In this document: positions 51,824 through 62,756 of the stretch, piece by piece
How the letters are laid out: each line of letters opens with the position of its first letter
How positions within the stretch are numbered: the stretch's first letter is position 1
Assembly: GCA_026026165.1 (NCBI GenBank)
Contig: JAPEUD010000039.1
Location: 1-64,000 of the forward strand
Source: Sarea resinae
Lineage: Eukaryota
Direction of reading: 5' to 3'
Length of the DNA: 64,000 nt
Notes under the pieces: model-generated
What the model was told of the DNA's origin: nothing
Seen by the model: only the letters and a program-made list of their open reading frames with translations
The model's database searches: none
Made by a program: the position numbers and the translations under genes

Positions 51824-53426
51824 TCACTCGGGATCATGATCCGGATTCGCGAGCTTTTGCTCATGTTAGCTGTGGTACATCATGAGCGCATATTGAAGCT
51901 TACCCGCAGCACGCGTCTAGAGTAATCTTGATCATCCCTCAGGCTTCTAACGCTGACTCTGCTCGAGTTCTCGTGGTAACGCCAGAACGTCGTAGGATCC
52001 AATCGTTGGTCGACAATGTGTGGAACTTTGCCGTCCGGGCTATGGTCGGGACTATGGCGAGTCACACCTGGACCGAAAGAACTAGTATGGATCGGAGGAG
52101 GGGCCTTTCCAAACCCGCTCAAGAGCCCCGAATCACTCATAGCTCGACTTGGCCTTCTCGAATTGTCGTCCAGGGTCGTCGAGTCTCCAGCCAACATTTC
52201 TGGGTCCTGGTGTCGCCGGCGCCAATAACTGTAGATGACGCTACCGACGATGAGGATGATGATGAGGGCGATGCCGGTGAAAAGGCCCGCTACTTTGCCA
52301 GTATGCGAGAAAAAGCCTCCATCACTCTTTCGCTCAGCATCCGCGGCGGCCGGAGGTTGCGTGGGTGTGATCGTGACGGTTTTGACCTGGCCAGTGACCG
52401 TCATGACCGTCGTCACCGGTGTTGCAGACCATGTTGACGACTTTGAGGAAGTGGACGACGAAGACGACGCTGGAGTGGTCGGCGCAGGTGTTGAACTTGG
52501 CGTCGTCGATGAGGGTGTTGATGAAGGTGTCGATGAAGGCGTCGACGAAGGTGTTGACGAGGCCGAAGAAGACGTGGATGGTGGAGATGATGTAGTTGAA
52601 GAGGTAGAAGTGGTAGACTAATGCAGCGTTAGCAATGATATCTATGAAAATGCCACCGTCACACATCCTCCAGAGAACTTTCTCCATAAGAGATGGGAGG
52701 GGCAGAACCCGTACAGGAGTCAGAATAGAAACAAGCACCGAAGGCGACGCTGTGACCGTCTGTACGATGGTCTCAGGGCTCGGGCTGGGTGAAGAGGTTG
52801 ACTTGGGAGTACTCTGTATGGAAGGCGTCAAAATTGATGTCCAATCAGACGTAGATGAGCTGTCTAGGAAGTGAAGATGCAAGAGAACGCAGATCGAGTA
52901 GAGATATGGGTACTAACCGCCTGACTTGAGCTAGACTGCACAATGCTCGAGGAAGTACTGCTTTGAGCGGCGCTGCTGGATGCACCCGCGGTACCGGAAG
53001 GACTCTTGCTCAGCGCGATATATCCGAAGAGGCTCGAAGACGTAGAACCACATTTGTCCGATGGATAGCCTGGGCAGTTCTGATCACAATCTCCGGTCGA
53101 AGTGGTTCCGGCTGGGATGTAGTTTGAGCACCAACATGAACTGCCTTGCAAGACTGCAAATGCCCAATTGGCCTTGCAGTTGTCGAAACATGCACCATTA
53201 GACTGCCAGATGCTATTGACTAGAAAATGTCAGCATACAAAAGCGTCAACGCAGAAAGTAACATACATTCCGAGTTGCCAGATCCCGTATTTTCGCTGGA
53301 GCAGTACTCGATATTGAGCGCGGCAACGCGATTCCCGGTGAGAAACAGTATAAGAAATAGTAGAATCGTAGGGTAAGCTTTGACTTGGAGTACCCTAGGC
53401 CCCATGTTTGTCCTAGAGGACCTCAT
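51824..53426 (-). CDS. WSC-domain cell-wall stress sensor (Wsc1/Slg1-like)
   Basis: Signal peptide, WSC Cys pattern (YCSS..., QGSSCWCSNYIP...C...CPGYPSDKCG), Ser/Thr tract, TM helix, cytoplasmic DQRLDP and SLRDDQDYSRRVLR.ANPD tail. Confidence 0.9.
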
Positions 53427-56400
53427 TTAGAGAGTAAACAGTGATGATCTATGGAGAATGGCTCGGCTATCGGGTGATGAAGATCAAGTTTAACTATCGC
53501 GTCGCATATTAGCCATGCCTGGTCAATTGAAGCTAGAGAGCGGGCCAACGCGCGATCAACTCACGTAGAACAGACGAACTCGAAAGAATCGGGAAGCAGA
53601 TTGAGTGCTGACCGTCGCTCGCTTGCCGTACAGTCGGGCCGATGAAGAGCAATCGAGAAGAGGTTTGTTGCAAGTAGCAAGCCGAAGACCAATTCCTCGT
53701 AAGCGGTTGAGGCAGAGTGGAAGCGCGACCTGCCGATTGAGGTATGGAAATGAGGGTGATGATGAGGTTGATATTCGAGGTTTCCCGACACGTACTCCAG
53801 GACGTGTTCGCTGCGTCGTCGATTCGCTATCTGGTCACGTCCTGACTATGTCCAAACGTCCTCTGCCTTCTCGTCCGGGCTCTCTCTTCCTCCATCCAGG
53901 GCCTAAAGGGCCCCAACCACGTTACGGCCCGTCTGATGATTCCCGATTCACGATAATTAAGACACCTCCCCTGACACGCGTTCAGACGTCAACGAACGAT
54001 GACCATCGTCACCTCGTCATGTGCTGAGCGTCGAGAAGACAGCACCAAAGAATGAGTTACCAGAACGAAGGAAGATGTAGAAAGGTAGGTCGGTAGGTGG
54101 AGATGGACGTGAACGAGCAAGGGACAGTAATAGAGTAGTGTGGTGAAGTAGTACAGTAGAGTTGGCAGGTTTACACTAGAGCAGGAGGAGGTGTGTGTAT
54201 ACTAGGTATGTAGAGGAGACTTTCGAATAGCAGTGGAGAAGGAGGGCGACGCAGGTAGAGTTTCATGGTTCAGGTTAGAGGAAGGGACTACGGGAAGAGT
54301 AGTGGCAGCGGGTGTGATTGTTAGTGGTTGAGGGACTTGGAAGGGGAAGGGGAATTGGGAATTGGGGTGCTTCGAAGTACTTCGTACTGCAGACATAGGG
54401 GACCAGATTGCCGGCCTAAATTAGACAGGTGGCCGAAAGGAGTAAGGTACCCCGAGCGACAAACAGCCTACGAGACCTCATCTGCAACTACCGGAGATAG
54501 TGGCGTCCCGACCGGAGCTCGTCGACCACGCTGGAGGCGGTGACGGCGACTGCTCATGATGGCCTCTCTAGAGTCGAATAGAGTATGCCTCTATGCCTCT
54601 CCGAGGAGCCATCTCAGCAATTCTGAAGAAAGTCCAAATCTCAAGGCAGAGCGACAGACGGAAAGTGGCAAGACGGCCCAGCACAAAGTCACAGTCATCA
54701 TGCCTGTAAGACTTCCTGAACCGGGCCACTTCCACGGATCCAACCCTGCAGGCGGCGGCCGATCGCCTGTGATTGTGTTGCTTCGGAATGCACAGTGCAA
54801 TCAAGAATCACCGGCATGTACAAAGTACGAGGTACTTCAGTCGTTCATGTACGAGGACGAGGTGCGAAGAAGCAATTTCTGCCAAGTACTTCGTAGTATG
54901 TAATAGGAGCGGAACCAGGCGGATCAGAACCTGGTGGTAATTTGACAGCACTTCCATGTCTGGCATCGTAGATTTGCGCGATCCTATCTGTCCGAGGCCC
55001 AGTGCACTTTCTTCCCGATCGCTGACGGAGAAACCAGAGGATGCATTTCATTATTTAATGCATCACACCACTCTGATGCATCAAAAGGCAATGTCTCACC
55101 GCGACGTCAAGGGGAAGCTTGGGAGAGGCGGCAGCGCCTACCGCTCAGCAGTGATGCCGCCGACTGGATTCCGGATCGACGTGATTTCGGCTACATGCTC
55201 TGGCTTTGTTAGGTCCACAACCGAAGACTGAAGACCACAACAATGGACACGACTACTATGTACTCCGGCGTAATCGTCTGGCCTTCTTCTCGTTCCTGAG
55301 CGACCGCCAGAACGCGAAGAAAGGGTATCCAGAGCCCAAAGACGACAACGACGACAAAGACGACGATGGTTGTGGACGCAGGCACGGTTTCAGCGCTCCA
55401 TCCATGTCCATCTCGTTGACTATTCTTGGAAGTCGGTGGCTGTGTCGTAGCCATCTCAATGGATGGCTGGCTGCTTACTTCCCAAAGCGGATTGCCTAGT
55501 CGTGTCATTTGAAGACGGCGTGAGCTTGTCAGCTCGAAGGGCCAGTCAGGGCCGGCCAGTGGTCGAGTTGCGGATGCTGAGGTCGAAGGCGCTCGCTTCG
55601 ATGTACTTCAGCAGGTACCTTAAGCGCCGACCTGTGATTAGATGACCGAGCTCGGTGTGGATTAGTCATGAGTGATCGTCAGGAGAAATCTGTCGGTCAT
55701 CAGGACGCGAGAGATGACCAGAGATCCGATGGTTGATTGGCGAATCTGGGTGGTCAACAGCCATCTGCAAAAGAGCAGGTGGCCGAATGGCGAAATGAGC
55801 AGCCCTGAGACGAGATGAGTTCCCACATGGTATCTGCCCGGACACCTCTGACCGCCACCGCCGTCATCGATCTCCGTGGTCAGGCCTCACTGTGTTCGTC
55901 GGCTCGTTTCACTTCTGCACCAATGCAAACCCCTTCAAGCGGCTGATCATCATGCCGACCGTTTCATCCCGCCTTTGTTGTGAGACTCTTTACCTGAGGT
56001 TTGTCGTCGTCCAGTGTTGTCGCTGTTCAGTCATTGTCGTTGGCAACTCATTCTTCAGAACGTCTCAGACGTCTTTAGACAAAGGTTGTATCACTTGTTC
56101 AGGTCCAGCACGTGGCGACTGGCCTCTGGATATCGACATGAGCGGACCCATCTTTTAAAAAATACACATTCGCCAAGTCTCTGTTCAAAGCAAGCTGCTT
56201 TGGCAGAAAGTTGCTGCTCTTGCCTTTCATCATCACAACCCTGATCAGCCCTCATGAATAGATTGTCAACGGGTCGTCTCAAATTCCATCTCTGCTAACT
56301 GGTGACGATCATGGTTCACCACCTTTTCGACTACCGTACTACTAGATTGCACCAACTGGGCGGACATCGCTTTCCCGTCTACAGTGCCAGCAGTGCTCTT

Positions 56401-57003
56401 GTTGATCGAAATGCAGAAGCGGTCATGTGCTCTTTCAAACCTTGCAATTCCCAATATCATCGCCAATCCATCACAATCTTAGGACAGGCTTTGCTTGGCC
56501 ACAGAATACTTGGTGTATTGAGGAGGCAGGATGTCTCTCGAGGCTCTTCCACGATGGCCGAGCTCTGGATACTCGTGCCCCCTTCAAGCTACCTTGGCAT
56601 CAAAGCGGAATTCGATTCATGTTTACAAAGCATTTCGTTATTCTGTACTTGTACTATTTTGCCTAGCCACCAAGGCTCAATCGACAATGGACAATCCCTC
56701 TGTTCTGGTTGTTTGACCAAAGTTTGACGTTCTTTGTTCCTTGCTACCGATTCCTTGAGAGTCATGCGGTCGGGCGTTTGTCTCTCTGAACACCGTCCAG
56801 ACAAGGAGAGGACATTGATTGAATCAATGGCATTGTTCGGACAATTGGCATCATGTCAAGCATCATCTTCTCTGTTCAATCCGTGATTAAATAGCAGTTG
56901 CTCGCTCTCCCAATCTCTCGGACAACTCATCCAAACAGCGCAAGAAAAGTAATACAAAAATTCAATCGCCTCAACTAACACACCGCAACTACTTTCAGAA
57001 AGC

Positions 57004-58389
57004 ATGGAGTTTCCGTCCTTTGACGAAGCTCAAGCAGAGATCGACTTTCGGTCCCTGTTGATGGATACAGACACGCCAGAGCAAAATAGCGACTATCCGC
57101 CAATGCTGATAGATACGGACGTTCCATGGCATAACAACAACTGGTTCCTTTCCCAATTCAACATTACGGAGCTTCAGATGGAAGCAGCCCTGGAACTGTA
57201 CGGTTCTTCGTACGGAGACCTTGCCAACCCTGTGCTCTCGTTCTTTGAGCGCGACAATTTCATGTGCTTTGATGCTGACTATCAAAAACTAGTACCGGTC
57301 CTACGCCTAGCTAGTCGCCTCCTGATGGATGGCTGCAGCCTCCGCTTCCTCCACGCACTGGTGTACAACCTGAACGAGAAGCTGTCGGATGAGCTCTCTG
57401 CAGATATTGGCGGAATTGCGTATGAATACAGACGCAACGAACATCCCTTGACTCGTGAGGAGAAACTGAACATTATCAACGTCATCAATGGCATGAAGGG
57501 GTATCTGACATTCTTTTTCACAGACTCCATCAACCCCTCGACCACGTGGGCACGTACCGGCTACGATTACGCCAACGCCAAATTCCATCCGATGGGAGGT
57601 CTTGCGACGATCATCGAAGTCCAAGACCGGCTCCGAGTTGCCTGCGATGACGATGACCCATGTAGGACGATTTCAATGGTACTCCGCTCACGCCTGATTT
57701 TGGCCATTACCCTCTGCCATGAAGTCTGCCACGCTATCGGCATGGCAACCTACCCCGTGGACCAGGACGATATCGATAACCCTAAACCTCTCGTCGAGCC
57801 TTTCTTCGAAGACGATCGCCAAGCTGAGGTCGGCTTTGCCTTTGAGCAGACGCTCTTTGGTGGCTGTATCGATCCAATCGAGGCGGATGCGGGAGCGACG
57901 TGGGGCTTGTCAATCGAGAAGTTTCCGAGCCTTGTGACGAAGAAGCATGCTATAAACGATGATCCTGTTGTGCATCACTGGCCAGAGCGTCGCGGCCCCA
58001 AAGCCTTTTCGACTCGGTACCTGGTTCGCATGGAGTATGTGCAATCGTTGTTCATGACCGAATTCTGGTCGCACGGTGAGCGGGCCAACTCGATGGTCAG
58101 CCTCAAGGTATGGAAGCACCTGGGCGTGCGTTATCTGAAAGCTCCCTTGGAAGACGATGACCTGGATGATACCGAGAGCATTGACAGCGACGATTCTAGC
58201 CTGGATCCAGGCATCGAGCGACCAATTTCTCCAGAGCCTGGTGATGGTGAGTCATTCTACGGAGGAATCTACCAAAAATCTACACCTATTGACATATATT
58301 CCGAGGGAAAGGTGGTTCGCCCGTGGAACGAGACGAATCCCGGGCAAGAGTTTCCGAAGCTTCTATCGATGAAAGACTGCTGGTTCTGA
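57004..58389 (+). CDS. Uncharacterised 461-aa intronless protein with a HExxH zincin-like motif
   Basis: Long intact ORF; LAITLCHEVCHAI followed by EPFFED..AEVGFAFEQTLFGG. Confidence 0.75.
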   Translation: MEFPSFDEAQAEIDFRSLLMDTDTPEQNSDYPPMLIDTDVPWHNNNWFLSQFNITELQMEAALELYGSSYGDLANPVLSFFERDNFMCFDADYQKLVPVLRLASRLLMDGCSLRFLHALVYNLNEKLSDELSADIGGIAYEYRRNEHPLTREEKLNIINVINGMKGYLTFFFTDSINPSTTWARTGYDYANAKFHPMGGLATIIEVQDRLRVACDDDDPCRTISMVLRSRLILAITLCHEVCHAIGMATYPVDQDDIDNPKPLVEPFFEDDRQAEVGFAFEQTLFGGCIDPIEADAGATWGLSIEKFPSLVTKKHAINDDPVVHHWPERRGPKAFSTRYLVRMEYVQSLFMTEFWSHGERANSMVSLKVWKHLGVRYLKAPLEDDDLDDTESIDSDDSSLDPGIERPISPEPGDGESFYGGIYQKSTPIDIYSEGKVVRPWNETNPGQEFPKLLSMKDCWF

Positions 58390-58977
58390 TTCTTTCGCAG
58401 GTGAGTCAATTCGATAGGTCTTCCTTCTGTTTCCTTTGGTGTTAGCCATTCGTTTGAGTTTTTCTGTTTTCGCGCGCCTGTTTGTTTTGATATTTCCTCC
58501 AGTCACTCCTTTCGTTTTGCCTGTTCTTTGTTTGTTTCACGCTTTTCTATTTAGAGATAAAATAAGATGCTGGTTTCATCTCTGCCTTTCCGCTCAGAAG
58601 ACCCCATCAGTAAATGCTAGACCGGAACAATTTGATTCCTCTCTGATAACTGCTTGTTCGTAGGTAAGTGTATACTGCTCTGTTCCTGGTCGATCAGTTG
58701 GCAGGCTTCGAATTTTCAATTGCTTATCAAAGTATAAAAAGGACGTATATATTGCATTGGAGATTGGGCAAAGAGGAGAGACGGCAGAGAGCGGGAGCAA
58801 ATGACTACATACATATATATATCGATAAAAAAGAAACGACACGGTACGCCTTAATAGCCACTCTTAGCAAAGACTAGACATACAGAGACGGGCGGCTTCT
58901 CTCTATTGCACAGGACCGCATCACATCAAACTGTACGACGCTCACCGCACCCGTCTGTCCTTGGAAAACATCAACAA

Positions 58978-59625
58978 CTAGACGCCATCTCCCCAAATGC
59001 CCACGACAGCCATACCAAACGCAAGCCCACTAATCGCGGTCCGTGCGCCCCAAACCCGACGTCCGCGCTCCATCTCGCCGCGCACCACCTCGCCATTGAC
59101 GACCTCTTCCTCCTCCCACTCGCGGCCGGCCTTGGCTTCACCGGCCTCTCCTGCCTCTCCTGAGAAAGAGCTTGTGATCACGGCGTGCATATGGCGGGAT
59201 GCTGCCCAGTCGCCCACGCTTCCGAGGAGTACGGTGAGACTGGTCCAGAGCAGGTACGGATGGCGCGCGCGGGAAGGCGAGAGCGTATAGGCGAGCGAGA
59301 GAGACACGAGCGAGAGAGACGAGAGGAGGGTGAGGTGTCGCGTCGTGAGTACGTGTAAGCGGTGCAGGGCACGAGAGGCTGGTGTTGCAGATGGCAGGGA
59401 GAGGAGCGAGGGCAGCGTTGTCGTGCTGTGCGTGTAGGTTATGCCCTGCGTATTCGATGAGTCAGTTGGCCATATTGGGGGGTGGTGCATTGGTCCCTGG
59501 GCGATGATGGCGAATGGATGTGGGGTAGGTGAGTATGCGGGGAAGGAGCTTACGGTCATCAAGCCTAGGCTTATCGTCCCTACGAATTTGGACACCGAGA
59601 CTGCAGCATGATGAAAGCTTGCCAT
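58978..59625 (-). CDS. ATG33: Atg33/Scm4-like mitochondrial outer-membrane protein (one intron ~59447-59553)
   Basis: KFVGTISLGLMT|GI, RHPYLLW, VNGEVVRGEME, AFGMAVVGIWGDG. Confidence 0.8.
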   Translation of the reverse strand: MASFHHAAVSVSKFVGTISLGLMTVSSFPAYSPTPHPFAIIAQGPMHHPPIWPTDSSNTQGITYTHSTTTLPSLLSLPSATPASRALHRLHVLTTRHLTLLSSLSLVSLSLAYTLSPSRARHPYLLWTSLTVLLGSVGDWAASRHMHAVITSSFSGEAGEAGEAKAGREWEEEEVVNGEVVRGEMERGRRVWGARTAISGLAFGMAVVGIWGDGV

Positions 59626-60249
59626 GGCGCCGGTCTGGCTGTTCTTGGTCGTCCTTTCCCTTTGATATCAGGGTTTCGCTCGATCTAGTTGGGGCCGAGA
59701 CTTGCTCGTACGGCCGCTAGCGGTCTGTTGGAAAGTGGACACACGCTTCAATTGATGATGGGACGTTGTGGGGACGATGAATTTACGTTGATGCTGGCGC
59801 TTAGCGATGGCGAAGGCGGTTGATGGTGTTATAGTGCTGGCAATGTTGGTGGCGGTGATGATGATGATGATGATGATGGAGATGGTGATGGGGGGCGATG
59901 GTAACGAAGAGCCGCGGCCGGGTTGCAGCGGGCGGTTACCTTATCGGTCGAGGCTTCCTACGACCAATCACAGGCTAGGCGTTGTCGTGTTACGCGCTCC
60001 TCTGTGCCTACCTAATCCTGCCTCAGGTAGGTACACAATACTTCGTACCTCACCTTACCATGGATATGTCGGACAACGAGCCAAGAGGGTAGCGCGCACC
60101 ATTGAGGACTTGCTTGTAATTCGTCTACATATTATTCTATCCGACACCAGAACACAAAATGTCGGTCGGCATCAGCGTCAAGGCCGAACTTGCGTTACTC
60201 ACCTTAGCAGACCGCGTTTGCATCTTCTAACATCTAATAATTTACGCCT

Positions 60250-61774
60250 TCAGCAGAGGTACCCTGCTGGAAACATCTCAATATGAATCTTGCCCCGAAC
60301 CAAATTACTCAAACGCTCGACAACTTCGGCGTCCACAAAGGCCCACTGTGTAGCTTTCCTACCATCAATGTTCAGAACGTCGCCCTCGGTGATCTTCTCC
60401 GGGAGTTCCTCTTTGTTGATTCTCGGGATCGCTGTCGGTTCACGCGCACAGATATGGCCTTCGACGAGTTGCGACTGTCCGGCTTTCCAAGACTTATTAA
60501 ACTTTGCTGGTGGATCCCCTACAGAATTTCCCTTGCGACAATACCAAACATACTCCTTCCAATCTGGTGAGTACCATAGCTGCTGCTTGCGGATGGAGTC
60601 AACAAATGTTTTCGGGACTTGAATCTGAATGATCCAGGTCTCAGCCCAATTGCACCTAAGTTGACCCCATTTTCGGTATTCCTCTGCAGTTGCCTCCTCC
60701 AGTGTCCAATACCACGCGGAGTTTAGGTGATTAAAGTCGCCTCCCTCTCTGATCTGAACTGAGCGCAAGTTGACGCTTCCATCATCCCTGATAAACAGCA
60801 ACCCCCCATACAAGTCTCCCCAAGCTTTGCCTTTGTATAGGATGTAGTGGTCCGGCAGAGCTAAAGGCGCCGCCTGGACAGTGACATGGGCGCTTGGTAG
60901 ATTATTGTCCTCCGAGGCGATATTCGAAGAAACAGTAAAGGTTGGTGGCTCCTGCGTGGATGAAGATGCACCTGACTCGAAGACACCGGCTACCTTCAGT
61001 CATTTATTCTCTTTTCTCTTGGCGATGGTCTGAATTGCATGAGACTTGAGACGCTCTAGGAGCTTGTTGAGGGTGGAGTATCTGATGCTCATGGTATCCT
61101 TGAGCCAGTAGTGCAATGTTTGGGATCGAAAAATCTGGGAGAAGTGCGGGTCTGTGAGAGCCGCCTGCAATTCATCGGATATCTCCAGCCCTGTCATAGC
61201 TTGTGTGGCTGGAAGATCTTTCAATGGCTGGAAAAACAACCTCCCAAGATACGAAAGTGCGTATCTAGAAGTTCTGAGAGTTAGCTACTGCGCTATCGAG
61301 TAATACCAACAGAGTAGCTTCAATGTCATGTGCATTCATCTCAAGAAAGTGCATACGCATTGAGAGTTACTTACTGGATGAGGTCATCGGGATTTCGTTC
61401 GGGGTCGGGTCTGCCTGTCCATCTTTTGAAGATATCCTCGGCTACTTTTCGAGTATATCCAAGGAATTCGAGGCAGGCAACACTCTCGGTGTCTTCGGGA
61501 AGGTCAAATGGTGCCTTGGTCGAAGGGTCAAAGGGTCGAATGCGAATAGACGTAGACGAATTGGAGCTTGAAGAGCTTGAACTCCTGTGGCTGGAAGGCG
61601 GACCTAGAGATCATAGTCAGCTGTCTTGGGCAAAATTAGTGGGTGATAGGCGTGGGTACTCAGGAGCGCAGCGCTGACTTTGCGTTTTCCATTCGTCGGA
61701 CCGCTCAAGAAGACCTATTCTTCCTCGAGTACTCGAGACTCTTCAGGATCAAGCGCAAAAGGTGAGGTTGCCAT
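60250..61774 (-). pseudogene. DUF3990-like (ADP-ribosyltransferase-fold) protein gene with in-frame stop(s)
   Basis: Exons LPEDTESVACLEFLG...NPDDLI | YALSY...; TGA at 61000-61002 is in frame with downstream LYKG...GGDFN..AWYWT..EATA..Y...WKEYVWYCR...VEGHIC...QWAF. The start is approximate. Confidence 0.55.
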
Positions 61775-62020
61775 GATGAGGTGAGAATGAAGGTGATGGA
61801 TGTGGTTATAGTGTAGGTATTGAGTGTGTGTGCGATGATTTGCTGACTAGGTAGGCAGCTGAGTGGCTGCTTTGAAATGAGAGCATTCAACTTTAAGGTA
61901 GGTAGGTATCCATCAAGGTAGGTGACCACAAACGCAGAGAGAGAGGAGAAGATAACCAGAAGGCGAAGAGAAAGTCGGAGAATGAGGAGGTGTCTGAGGT
62001 GATGAGAAAAGAAGAGGTCG

Positions 62021-62435
62021 ATTGCTACAAGCCACCAAGGCAGCGGTAGAATGAATGACGAAGAATGAGGCGTCCGGGGTGACGAGAAAAGACGTGTTCG
62101 ATTACTACACGCCACCAAGGCAGCGGTAGAACAAACGAGGAAGAATGAGGCGTCCGACAAGACGAGAAAAGACGTGTTCAATTGCAACACACTACTAGAG
62201 CAGCGGTTGAACGAACAACGATGACGAAGGCGATGCTTGAGTGGTCGGCACAGGTGTTGAACTCGGCGTCGTCGATGACGGTGTTGATGAATGTGTTGAT
62301 GAAGGGGTTGAAGAGACGGAAGAAGACGTGGATGGTGGAGACGAATTGGTAGAAGTGGTAGAAGTGGTAGAAAGAAGGAGCGTCCGACCAGACGAGAAAG
62401 AAGATTCCATTGCTACACGCCACTAGAGCAGGTAT
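62021..62435 (-). repeat. Tandem array of four (last partial) stem-loop repeats, 80-bp period, with a captured WSC-gene fragment
   Basis: Units start at 62021, 62101, 62181 and 62409 (+ strand core ATTRCTACAMGCCACCAAGGCAGCGGTAGAA); 62220-62371 is a copy of 52454-52617. Confidence 0.88.
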
Positions 62436-62756
62436 GACTCAACTACCGCCAGTCATCACGGCTTGATTGCGCCTGCCGAGATAATTCACACCGTGAATGG
62501 GTCAACGACCTTGTTGGTTAGATCACCTGGGCAAATACGTGCCGGTTGTGACGTTGCTCATCTTTCGTCCTGCCTCACTACTCTCACCGCCTTGGATCGG
62601 GCTAGATTAGCCGCGTACTTCGTACTTCGTACCTGCCTCGTTTGAGCATGATTGCATCACGATGCACACTGCCTTATCAAACCCTACATCTTGATCTGGC
62701 TATTGCACGGCCGTACCGTAGACAACAGTCGAACGAGGACTTCCGGTCAGACCAGC

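Noticed and set aside
53600..56900. Several 60-140 aa ORFs between the WSC gene and the HExxH gene
   Set aside because: No recognisable motifs, consistent splice pattern or coding signal by eye; treated as intergenic.
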